Shown in pieces: positions 49,061 through 57,279 of a stretch of 64,000 nucleotides of DNA. The stretch spans positions 1,865 through 65,864 of the forward strand of contig JAXDZV010000032.1 of assembly GCA_034086705.1 (NCBI GenBank). The letters are read 5' to 3'. The DNA comes from Eubacteriales bacterium (lineage in GTDB: Bacteria; Bacillota; Clostridia; Oscillospirales; CAG-272). Both the position numbers and the translations under genes were made by a program. The notes beneath the pieces are model-generated. The model did no database searches. It was given only the letters and a program-made list of their open reading frames with translations, and was not told where the DNA came from. The stretch's first letter is position 1, and every line of letters starts with the position of its first letter.

Positions 49061-49074
49061 GGGGAGGAATCTGT

Positions 49075-50766
49075 ATGCAAAAATTTTCTGCCATCGAATA
49101 CCACCGTCCGGATCTGGCGCAGATCCACGCACTAATCGATCAGACCGCCCAAATTTTGCGCACCGCACCCGATGCCGAACACGCGCTTGCGGCGTTCACC
49201 GACTATCGCACACAAAGTGCGGCTTTTGAAACCATGTATTCCGTTGCCCAGATCCGCAGTACCATGGACACAACCGACCCGTTTTATGAAGCGGAAATGA
49301 ATTTCTTCCATGAAAATCTGCCTGCGTTGTCCGTACGGGAAAAAACAGTCACGCAGGCAGTGCTTACCAGCCCGTTTCGCGACGCTTTTGCGCAGCACTT
49401 CGGTACGCCTTGGCTGCGCAGATTAGAATCGGCCCAGCGACTGGCAGACGAAGCAATTATTCCCGAACAGATCGAACAAGCTAAGCTTGAACAGGCCTAT
49501 GCCAAAACGGTTGCCGGCTGTTCGGTTTCCTTCCGAGGAGAAACCTGTAATTTTTATGCTTTGCTGCGCCATATGCAAAATCCAGACCGCTCCATACGGC
49601 GTGCGGCTTTTACGGCATGGAGCGAACTGTACCGCAGCGTTTCGGATACACTGGATGAGCAATACAGCGCATTGGTGCAATTACGCTGCCGTATGGCACA
49701 AAAGCTTGGATATCCCAGCTATATTGAAATGGCATATGAGATGCACGGTAGATACGATTACTCCCCCGCAAACATTGCCGCCTTCCGCGATGAGGTACGT
49801 CGCGTCATTACACCAGTGTGTACAGAACTGTTCGAGCAACAGCGTCGCCGTTTGCATGTTGACAGGCTGCATTGGTATGACGAAGCACTCGTCTTTCCGC
49901 AGGGCAACCCGGTCCCCCGCGGCACAGTTGCGCAACTTTTAGATGCCGCGCAAAAAATGTACCGGGCACTCTCTGTGCAAACCGGCGAGTTTTTCGATTT
50001 CATGAAGCAATATGAGCTGTTTGACCTACCCAGCCGGCCCGGCAAACACATGGGCGGCTATTGTTCCTATCTACCCTCGCTCAATGCGCCGTTTATCTTT
50101 TCCAACTTTAACGGAACCAGCGCAGACGTAGATGTGCTGACACATGAAGCCGGGCACGCCTTTGCCTCCTTCACAGCAGCAAAATTTGTACCGCTGTCTG
50201 ATCTGATTTGGTCCACCAACGAAATCAACGAAATTCACTCCATGACCATGGAACTGTTTACCTACCCCTGGATGGATCTATTTTTCGGCGAACAGGCAGA
50301 GCGGTATTGCTATGCGCATCTTTGCCAGTGCTTGTGTGTGATTCCATATCTGTGCTGTGTGGATGAATTTCAGCACAAAGTATTTGAAAACCCCGCTATG
50401 ACTCCTGCACAACGCCGCGCCGCATGGAGACAAAGCGAGCAGAGCCTGATGCCCTGGCGTGATTATGAGGGCAGCGACTTTTTGCAAAGTGGCGGGTTCT
50501 GGATGCAAAAGCAGCATATTTTTCTTTATCCGTTTTATTATATCGATTACGCACTGGCGCAGCTTTGTGCCTTTTCTCTCTTTGATGCTTATCAAACAGA
50601 TCGACAAGCCGCATGGCAGCGCTATCTTGCGCTGTGCCGCGCCGGCGGAACAATGGGATACTTCCAAACGCTGCAAAGCGCCGGGCTTACGCCGTTGTTT
50701 CAGCCTGGTGCGATAGAGGCGGCGGTGATACCAATCGCGCGGCAACTACTGCGCGCAAATCTATGA
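49075..50766 (+). CDS. M3B family oligoendopeptidase (PepF-like)
   Basis: 563 aa, zinc motif HEAGHAF. Confidence 0.85.
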   Translation: MQKFSAIEYHRPDLAQIHALIDQTAQILRTAPDAEHALAAFTDYRTQSAAFETMYSVAQIRSTMDTTDPFYEAEMNFFHENLPALSVREKTVTQAVLTSPFRDAFAQHFGTPWLRRLESAQRLADEAIIPEQIEQAKLEQAYAKTVAGCSVSFRGETCNFYALLRHMQNPDRSIRRAAFTAWSELYRSVSDTLDEQYSALVQLRCRMAQKLGYPSYIEMAYEMHGRYDYSPANIAAFRDEVRRVITPVCTELFEQQRRRLHVDRLHWYDEALVFPQGNPVPRGTVAQLLDAAQKMYRALSVQTGEFFDFMKQYELFDLPSRPGKHMGGYCSYLPSLNAPFIFSNFNGTSADVDVLTHEAGHAFASFTAAKFVPLSDLIWSTNEINEIHSMTMELFTYPWMDLFFGEQAERYCYAHLCQCLCVIPYLCCVDEFQHKVFENPAMTPAQRRAAWRQSEQSLMPWRDYEGSDFLQSGGFWMQKQHIFLYPFYYIDYALAQLCAFSLFDAYQTDRQAAWQRYLALCRAGGTMGYFQTLQSAGLTPLFQPGAIEAAVIPIARQLLRANL

Positions 50767-51341
50767 ATACCTCGCAGAAAAATATGCAGCTGATGCCAAG
50801 TCTTTCTTTGTCCCGCAGCGCTGTTCTTGCACTTGCGGCGCGCGGCATGACCGTGGCAACGGCAGAATCCTGCACCGGCGGATGGATTGCCGCAAGCCTG
50901 ACGGATATTCCCGGTTGCTCTGCCGTTTTGGACGGCTGCGCCGTCACCTACGCTAACCGCATCAAAGAGCAACTTTGCGGCGTTAGCCCAGACACGCTGC
51001 GTCAATTCGGCGCTGTCAGCCCGCAGACCGCGCAACAGATGGCGCAGGGCATCCGCAAAACCATGGCATCGTCTGTGGGGCTGGCAAGCACCGGCATCGC
51101 CGGACCGGGCGGCGGCAGTACAGAAAAGCCGGTTGGTCTGGTATATATCGCTTGTGCCAGCGAAAACCGCTGCCTGTTTCGGAAGTTACTTCTCCATGCA
51201 GACGCCTCCATTGCGCGCAGGGCAGAGGAGACGCCGGAGCAGGCAGCGCGCCGCAGCATCCGGATGCAGGCAACCGACGCCGCACTGGAACTGCTGCTCA
51301 CATTTTTACAAAATGAACCGGAAAGGAAAGAAAAGCTATGA
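50763..51341 (+). CDS. CinA C-terminal domain protein (nicotinamide-nucleotide amidohydrolase PncC-like)
   Basis: VATAESCTGGWIA...GAVSPQTAQQMA...STGIAGPGGG. ATGA overlap with pepF; the start is uncertain (an alternative Met lies 7 codons in). Confidence 0.8.
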   Translation: MNTSQKNMQLMPSLSLSRSAVLALAARGMTVATAESCTGGWIAASLTDIPGCSAVLDGCAVTYANRIKEQLCGVSPDTLRQFGAVSPQTAQQMAQGIRKTMASSVGLASTGIAGPGGGSTEKPVGLVYIACASENRCLFRKLLLHADASIARRAEETPEQAARRSIRMQATDAALELLLTFLQNEPERKEKL

Positions 51342-52030
51342 AAACTTGCAACACGTGCGGAAAAGAAATTGCCAACGACGCCCGCTTTTGTACCTATTGC
51401 GGCGCCTTAACCGCACAAAATGCCGCCACCACGCAAACCGAGCCGCAGCAAAGCACACCGCAACAGAGTGCGCCGCAACAGAGCGCACCGCAACAGAGCG
51501 CACCGCAACAGAGCGCGCCGCAGCAAAGTGCGCCGCAGCAAAGTGCACCGCAACAGAGTGCGCCGCAGCAAAGTGCACCGCAACAGAGCGTGCCGCAGCA
51601 AAGTGCACCGCAACAGAGCGCGCCGCAGCAAAGTGCACCGCAAAGCACTGCTATGCCGGACTATCCGGCCGCTCCCGCCGCACCTGCTAAGCAGGCAATC
51701 TCCTATCGGGGTGCGCCGATGTCGTATGCACAGCAAAATTTTTCCTCGGCCTATCGTCCGCTTGGTGCGTGGGCATATTTCGGTCTCTCCCTATTGTTCA
51801 GCGTTCCGCTGGTTGGTTTTATCTTTATGATTGTTTTTGCCTGCGACGACAGCGCCATCAATCGACGCAACTTTGCCCGCAGCTACCTGATTCGCCTTTG
51901 CTTCGTGGTGCTCGGCTTGCTTATCATCGGGGGACTGTTATTCTGCTTGATAGATCGTTTTGCAATCTTCGGCAATTTTCCGCTTTATCATTCCGGGGTT
52001 TCACATGCCTTTCAAAGCAGTCTTTTTTAA
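51338..52030 (+). CDS. Zinc-ribbon membrane protein with PQQSA repeat linker
   Basis: N-terminal CNTCGKEIANDARFCTYCG, 13 PQQS(A/T/V) repeats, C-terminal hydrophobic helices. Confidence 0.75.
   Translation: MKTCNTCGKEIANDARFCTYCGALTAQNAATTQTEPQQSTPQQSAPQQSAPQQSAPQQSAPQQSAPQQSAPQQSAPQQSAPQQSVPQQSAPQQSAPQQSAPQSTAMPDYPAAPAAPAKQAISYRGAPMSYAQQNFSSAYRPLGAWAYFGLSLLFSVPLVGFIFMIVFACDDSAINRRNFARSYLIRLCFVVLGLLIIGGLLFCLIDRFAIFGNFPLYHSGVSHAFQSSLF
51443..51637 (+). repeat. 13 x 15-bp in-frame tandem repeat (encodes PQQSA)
   Basis: Units alternate between CCGCAACAGAGYGCR and CCGCAGCAAAGTGCR (synonymous CAA-CAG / CAG-CAA swap). Confidence 0.95.
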
Positions 52031-52052
52031 CCGAGTTTCACCGTGTCGCGTC

Positions 52053-52081
52053 TTGACGTGCGACCCGTTTTGTTGTATGAT
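52053..52081 (+). promoter_or_regulatory. Sigma-A-type promoter
   Basis: TTGACG - 17 nt - TATGAT, 65 nt upstream of the 52147 gene. Confidence 0.55.
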
Positions 52082-52146
52082 AAGGTCTATATAAGTGCGG
52101 CCGCCCTGCGCCGCATACAGGCAGGGAGAAAGATGAGGATATAGCA

Positions 52147-53322
52147 ATGACACAAAGAGTTCAAATTCCGCGTTCGGAGTTTCAGCAGAGAGTGCAGCGC
52201 GCCGCGGCACTGCTACGTGAGAGAAATCTGGACGTGCTTGTCGTAAACGGGTCTGAGGCGGATTATGCCAATACACGGTATTTTTCAAACTTTTGGCCGG
52301 TATTCGAGCGCTGCGGTGTTGCAATTTCCGCCGCCGGTGACTGTGCAATCATGGTCGGTCCGGAGTCTCAGATTTTCGCCGCCGATTTCGGCGTAATCGA
52401 AAAGGTATATGTTCTGTATGAGTACCGCGAAAGCGCAAATCCCGCATATCCCGAACTGAGAGTACAAAAATACAACGATGTCTTCGCAGGCATCGGCGTA
52501 CACGGCAAAAAGCTACGCATCGGTGTTGCCGCATGGCTTGATACCAACGTGGTCATGATGGAAGGTCTGCGCGATGCTTATCCGGAAGCGGAAATCGTTC
52601 GTGCAGACGACATCATGGTACAACTGCGCATGGTAAAAAGTGATAATGAAATTGCCTGCCTGCGCGAAGCCGCCCGTATCACACAAATTGCAACCGACGA
52701 GGTTATCCGGCACATTCGCCCGGGCGTAACAGAGCTTTCCCTGGTCGGCATCGCACAGAAAACCATATATGAAAACGGTGCAGAATACGAAGGGTTGCCG
52801 ATGTACTGCTTCTCTGAGCGAAGCACCAAACATGCGATCTCCCGCTCTTCCTACCGTGAGATTCAAAAAGGGGATATCGTACAGCTCAATCTCTCTGCAA
52901 AAGTTTGCGGCTATTCGCCTTCCATCGGTATTCCCGTTTGCTGCGGCAAACTCAGCCCGGAAAAGCGCGAATTGGTTGAGTTCGGCCTGCAGGCACATCT
53001 GTGGACAGAGCGGTATCTGCGCGCCGGTATCGTTGCGGCCGACGTTGCAAAAGACTTTATAAAATTCTTCCGGGAAAACGGCAAAGAAAAGAATTATTTT
53101 TACGGCCCCTGCCACGGCCTTGGCCTGATCGAAGTGGAATCTCCGTGGATGGAAACCGTCTCCGAATACAAACTGCAGAAAAACATGACTTTCCAAATCG
53201 ACACCTTCGTCATGGGCGATACCTTCGGGCTTCGCTGGGAGAAGCCTATCGCCATCACCGAAAACGGCTGTACGATGCTCTGTGAGCGGCAACTCGGCCA
53301 AATCTATGAAATCGACTGCTGA
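52147..53322 (+). CDS. M24 (creatinase/prolidase fold) family protein lacking canonical metal ligands
   Basis: N-terminal creatinase_N-like domain plus pita-bread domain. The ligand positions read LNLSAKVCGYSPS, CHGLGLIEVES, QIDT and RWEKP (see finding). Confidence 0.75.
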   Translation: MTQRVQIPRSEFQQRVQRAAALLRERNLDVLVVNGSEADYANTRYFSNFWPVFERCGVAISAAGDCAIMVGPESQIFAADFGVIEKVYVLYEYRESANPAYPELRVQKYNDVFAGIGVHGKKLRIGVAAWLDTNVVMMEGLRDAYPEAEIVRADDIMVQLRMVKSDNEIACLREAARITQIATDEVIRHIRPGVTELSLVGIAQKTIYENGAEYEGLPMYCFSERSTKHAISRSSYREIQKGDIVQLNLSAKVCGYSPSIGIPVCCGKLSPEKRELVEFGLQAHLWTERYLRAGIVAADVAKDFIKFFRENGKEKNYFYGPCHGLGLIEVESPWMETVSEYKLQKNMTFQIDTFVMGDTFGLRWEKPIAITENGCTMLCERQLGQIYEIDC

Positions 53323-53330
53323 GGTGCACC

Positions 53331-53702
53331 ATGGTCAATGCAAACGGAAAAACAACCTGGGTGTTTCCGGATTTGGAAATGCCCCCTGCGGGGCATTCTC
53401 CGCTGTTCGGCCATGAAAGCATCATCGTGCTCAACATGAACGACTCACCGGCACAACTACGCATGACGTTGTATTTTGCCGACCGTGACCCCATTCGCGC
53501 TTTGCCCTGTACCGTGCAGCCGAATCGGGTGCGCTGCCTGCGTACGTATAATCCTGATGATTTTGGCGGTGTAGAAATTCCACGCGAGGTACAATATGCG
53601 CTGCGCATTGACAGTGACTTACCCATTGTTGTGCAATACGGCAGACTGGATACCCGTCAGCCGAATATGGCATTTTACACGGTTATGGGCTTTTCAAATT
53701 GA
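53331..53702 (+). CDS. Sensory-rhodopsin-transducer-like (ASRT family) protein
   Basis: 123 aa. The pattern W.FP......HESIIVLN..D..A.....YF.DRDP......V...R.......IP......A.....LPIVVQYGRLDTRQ matches my recollection of the Anabaena ASRT / TM1070 family. Confidence 0.7.
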   Translation: MVNANGKTTWVFPDLEMPPAGHSPLFGHESIIVLNMNDSPAQLRMTLYFADRDPIRALPCTVQPNRVRCLRTYNPDDFGGVEIPREVQYALRIDSDLPIVVQYGRLDTRQPNMAFYTVMGFSN

Positions 53703-53745
53703 GCTTGTCCTCAGACCACTCTATTAAGAAACGAAGGTTACAAAA

Positions 53746-54639
53746 ATGCTGGATCTAAACAAAGTATATGTTATTATCGGTGTAGATACCGAAACAGACG
53801 TTGGCAGTTTTACTCCCTTTTATGAAGGGGTAAAGCACGGCGTTCCCAAGCTGCTGCAAATGTTTGCGGACAACGATGTGCGCGGCACCTTCTTCTTTAC
53901 CGGAGAAGCAGCGCACAAAAACCCGGATATCGCACGTATGGTCGCTGCCAGCACAAGTGAGGTCGGCTGCCATTCTCTGTATCATGAAACCATCGGAGAC
54001 GAGCTTTTTCCGCTGCCTGATTTAAAACCGCTGCTGCCGCATGAAGTATTTCCGCGGCTGGAGCTGGCAACCAAATGGGTAGAGCAAGCGGCAGGCGTGC
54101 ATCCCACATCCTTCCGTTGCCCGCGTCTTTGGGGCTCTACCGCGGTTTGCCGTGCGCTGGAGGAACTTGGCTATCTATGTGACTGTACTTATCCAATGTA
54201 TTTCTATCGTGATAAATATGCCCCCTATCACCCCAGTGCAGACGACTGGACGCGCGCGGGTGACATGAAACTCGTTGAGATTCCGAATTTTGCAGACATG
54301 ATCATGCAATCTACTGATCCCGGGCTTGAGCGGGACCGAGATCAATGGCCGCTGTTCCGCACGGCAGGCGCCGGCGTAATGATGGAAAAAATCCGCGGCT
54401 TTGTGGATTTTGTACATGCAAAACAACTCCCCGCCGTAGTTTGCCTTTACATTCATCCCTGGGAGTTTATTCCCTGCGAAAAAACCTACCATTTCGGGGA
54501 AGCATCCGTCACCCCGGACGCTTTCATCACGGAAAACTGCGGCGAGGTCGCCTGCAGAGAAATGGATACACTCATCCGCTCACTCAAGGCCTACGGTGCT
54601 ACCTTTGTCACCGCCGGCGAGCTGGCGCAGATGGTTTGA
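53746..54639 (+). CDS. Polysaccharide deacetylase (CE4/NodB-like) family protein
   Basis: GVDTETD, TFFFTGE, CHSLYHE, IHPWEF. Confidence 0.7.
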   Translation: MLDLNKVYVIIGVDTETDVGSFTPFYEGVKHGVPKLLQMFADNDVRGTFFFTGEAAHKNPDIARMVAASTSEVGCHSLYHETIGDELFPLPDLKPLLPHEVFPRLELATKWVEQAAGVHPTSFRCPRLWGSTAVCRALEELGYLCDCTYPMYFYRDKYAPYHPSADDWTRAGDMKLVEIPNFADMIMQSTDPGLERDRDQWPLFRTAGAGVMMEKIRGFVDFVHAKQLPAVVCLYIHPWEFIPCEKTYHFGEASVTPDAFITENCGEVACREMDTLIRSLKAYGATFVTAGELAQMV

Positions 54640-54653
54640 GGAGGCGCATACAC

Positions 54654-55208
54654 ATGCAAACGTATCAGATCACCGTGGCCGGTTGCCGCCGCGATTTGCC
54701 GCTGTGCCCGGTTAATGATTCGCTCAGTATTGCCGCTTTTGTAATTTTCGGTGACGTGGAGTTGACCTGTGCCTGCGCGCATGCTCTGTTAGAAAAGGTT
54801 CCCCCGCACGACATTATGATCACCGCGGAATCCAAGGGGATCCCGCTGGTTTATGAGATGGCCCGACAGGAAAATGCTGCACACTATCTCATCGCACGCA
54901 AAGCTCCCAAGCTCTACATGCGGGACATCCTGCAAGTAGACGTGCGCTCCATCACAACTGCAGCACCACAGACTCTCTATTTGGACGGCGCAGATGCTGC
55001 ACTGCTGTGCGGCAGGCGTGTTTTAATTGTAGATGATGTCATTTCTACGGGAGAAAGCCTGCACGCATTGGAAAAACTGGTTCTCACCGCCGGCGGAAAT
55101 ATCGTTGGCAAAGCCGCTATTTTAGCGGAGGGAGAGGCAACAGAGCGGAAGGACATTGTTTACCTTGCCCCACTGCCCCTGTTCAATCCGGACGGAACCG
55201 AAAAATAA
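54654..55208 (+). CDS. Type I phosphoribosyltransferase (adenine-PRT-like)
   Basis: PRPP-binding loop VLIVDDVISTGESL. Start at Met104 of the track ORF. Confidence 0.75.
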   Translation: MQTYQITVAGCRRDLPLCPVNDSLSIAAFVIFGDVELTCACAHALLEKVPPHDIMITAESKGIPLVYEMARQENAAHYLIARKAPKLYMRDILQVDVRSITTAAPQTLYLDGADAALLCGRRVLIVDDVISTGESLHALEKLVLTAGGNIVGKAAILAEGEATERKDIVYLAPLPLFNPDGTEK

Positions 55209-55244
55209 TGTCTGTTCTATTCTGAACGGAAAGGATTTGCCCTC

Positions 55245-56639
55245 ATGAAATTATCTTTACGGTATCTTTGTCTGCTGCTCGCCGTATTGCTCCCTTGTAC
55301 GTTGCTGCTTGCCTGCAGCTCCCGTACGGAGAATCCCCCTGCCGGGGCGGATACACAACCAGTAGATTATACGGAAAACGTAATGGTAAGTCAAAATTAT
55401 CATCTGAGCCTTGGAATGGCCTACTATTACTTTGACTCCTACTATCAAAGCCTACAAAAATATTACGGCAGCTATTTTCAAAGCATTACCGGAATTGACC
55501 CCGCCAAATCTTTGCGATCACAGACGATGGAAGATGGGAGCACAGCCTTTGAGTATCTGCTGCAGGGGCTCATCTGGCCGAATTTGTTGGAACTGCTCTG
55601 TCTAAACGAAGCAGCGCAAGCTGCGGACTTTATACTGAGCGAAGATCAGCAAGCCGCCGTTCGACGGGAAGCGGAGGCCGTGGATCTTTCCGGTAAAGAT
55701 TGGATCGACACAGAATCGCTGGTGTATTTCAACGCTCTGACAACGCGCGCCGGATTATATCAAGAACATTTGCAAAACAGCTACGTTTATACCGATGCGG
55801 ATTTTGACGCCTACGCTGCTGACCAGGGTACTGCGCTGCAAACGGCAGAATATCTGTACTACACGATACAGACCTCGGATTTGTCAGACGAGCAAAAAAG
55901 CGCGCTGACCGAACAGCTGGACACACTCAAAACGCTGCACAACTGCGATGCCTTTACAAAATCGTTTACAGATATTTTGCAACAACTCTATCCCATTCTG
56001 ACAGCAGAAAGTATTTCAGCAGCCCTGGAAAAGAGCCGCACCTTGACAACGGACAGCAACTCTGTTACCCTGCTGAACACATGGAGCAAGAGCGCCGACC
56101 TTGCTCCGGGGGATGTTACTTATTATACAAACGATGCCGGTACGGCAATCACCGTGGCCTGCTTGCTGCGCGCTCCGTTTTATGACGAGCAGCCGACCGC
56201 TACAGTGCGCCACATTCTGGCACGAACGGAAACAGCAGGATCCGCACAGGCCGCGCATACCACGGCGCAAGCCTGGTATGACAGTTGGTGTGCGACAGAC
56301 CGTACAGAAGCCTCTTTTATCGCATTTGCCGAGAAAAACAGCGAAGACCCCGGCTCAGTGGCCGCCGGTGGCCTGTACGAAAATATCGCGCCCGGACAAA
56401 CTGTCGATGCGTTTGACAGCTGGTGCTTTGCGCCAAATCGCTCTCCGGGAGACAGCGGCCTTGTTGATACGGAATACGGTACGCATGTGATGTATTACTG
56501 TCACCAGGGGCTGCCACGCTGGAAAGCAACCGCGCTGACACAAATGCGCAAGCGTGACTTTTCTGCAGAGCTGACTACATTTATCGAGCGTTTCACCGTG
56601 AAAGAAAATGAAACGCTGCTGCAAAATATCGAGCTTTGA
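55245..56639 (+). CDS. Lipoprotein with C-terminal parvulin-type PPIase domain (PrsA-like)
   Basis: Lipobox LLLACSS; C-terminal VRHIL...GGLYENIAPGQTVDAFDSW...GTHVMYY. Confidence 0.7.
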   Translation: MKLSLRYLCLLLAVLLPCTLLLACSSRTENPPAGADTQPVDYTENVMVSQNYHLSLGMAYYYFDSYYQSLQKYYGSYFQSITGIDPAKSLRSQTMEDGSTAFEYLLQGLIWPNLLELLCLNEAAQAADFILSEDQQAAVRREAEAVDLSGKDWIDTESLVYFNALTTRAGLYQEHLQNSYVYTDADFDAYAADQGTALQTAEYLYYTIQTSDLSDEQKSALTEQLDTLKTLHNCDAFTKSFTDILQQLYPILTAESISAALEKSRTLTTDSNSVTLLNTWSKSADLAPGDVTYYTNDAGTAITVACLLRAPFYDEQPTATVRHILARTETAGSAQAAHTTAQAWYDSWCATDRTEASFIAFAEKNSEDPGSVAAGGLYENIAPGQTVDAFDSWCFAPNRSPGDSGLVDTEYGTHVMYYCHQGLPRWKATALTQMRKRDFSAELTTFIERFTVKENETLLQNIEL

Positions 56640-56655
56640 GCATATTTTTTTCTAT

Positions 56656-56694
56656 GCATCGCCGGCGGTTTCTTCCGGCGGTGCTGCTTTTTTT
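56656..56694 (+). terminator. Intrinsic terminator
   Basis: GCATCGCCGG-cggtttctt-CCGGCGGTGC then TGCTTTTTTT. Confidence 0.75.
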
Positions 56695-56848
56695 GAAGAC
56701 TGCAGCATCAAAAACACACGCATTTTTTTCGCCGTTTTTCAGCTAATACACTCTGTGAAATTTGCTAACAATTCTTTTTGGGCTACTCTACAGATTAAGC
56801 AACTATTCACAAAATTTATAAAAATACAGAAAAAGCCTTTCCAAAACC

Positions 56849-56877
56849 TTGACAAATCAAGAAACTATGCGTATAAT
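56849..56877 (+). promoter_or_regulatory. Consensus sigma-A promoter
   Basis: TTGACA - 17 nt - TATAAT (both hexamers perfect). Confidence 0.75.
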
Positions 56878-56883
56878 AATTGA

Positions 56884-57211
56884 AAATTTAGTAAGCACGG
56901 GAGCATAATTCGATGAACGCAGCAACGCGAAAAATGGATGCCGAAAAAACCGGTGCGCAAGCAACGGCGTCTTTTTGCTGCGCCGATTCTGCCAACTGTG
57001 CCGTTTCCGGGAGCGTCGCTGTCCTCGCGATGCTCCCGTTTTCTGTTTTAAACGTCTGCGCGGCGGTTCGACTGCCGGAGTCGATTGGAATTTTCCGCAT
57101 CGGAATACCTGCCGACCATACCGCAAACGGAAGCGAAACGGAACGGATAGCCGCAGCTTGAGGCTGCGATGCTGTCCAAGGTCCCGCCGCTTTCGGCGGG
57201 ACCTTGTTTTT
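56884..57211 (+). promoter_or_regulatory. Structured ~330-nt leader with two successive intrinsic terminators (unclassified cis-regulatory RNA)
   Basis: Terminator 1 at 57009-57049 (GGGAGCGTCGC/GCGATGCTCCC + GTTTTCTGTTTT); terminator 2 at 57178-57211 (AAGGTCCCGCCG-cttt-CGGCGGGACCTT + GTTTTT). Each has a distal upstream complement able to compete: 56897-56906 ACGGGAGCAT with 57030-57039, and 57060-57066 GCGGCGG with 57184-57190. Confidence 0.55.
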
Positions 57212-57279
57212 GTATCTGACCGGCCAGCGGCTTTCGCCCCGACCGATAAGATAAATTTATCAATTAAGGAGTAACCGAT

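Noticed and set aside
48143-49229. 341-aa minus-strand and 338-aa plus-strand alternative-frame ORFs within rarA
   Set aside because: rarA in its own frame has Walker A/B and the MgsA C-terminal domain. The alternatives are Arg/Cys/Pro-rich GC-frame artefacts.
51336-51830. Several ORFs on both strands with CCGAL, RNRAH or LLRRT repeats; also considered as a CRISPR-like array
   Set aside because: They are out-of-frame or antisense readings of the 15-bp PQQSA repeat. The repeat has no spacers, a 15-bp period and lies in-frame inside a CDS, so it is not a CRISPR array.
52513-53301. 262-aa minus-strand ORF
   Set aside because: Antisense to the M24-fold gene; no motifs or RBS.
56884-57211. T-box, tmRNA, SRP RNA or RNase P identity for the liv leader
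   Set aside because: No T-box sequence (GGGTGGTACCGCG-like) or UGGN bulge precedes either terminator. GGTTCGAC occurs, but there is no tRNA-like acceptor/T-arm or CCA end for tmRNA. No GGAAGCAGCC-type SRP domain IV and no GAGGAAAGTCC RNase P core. The element is left unclassified.
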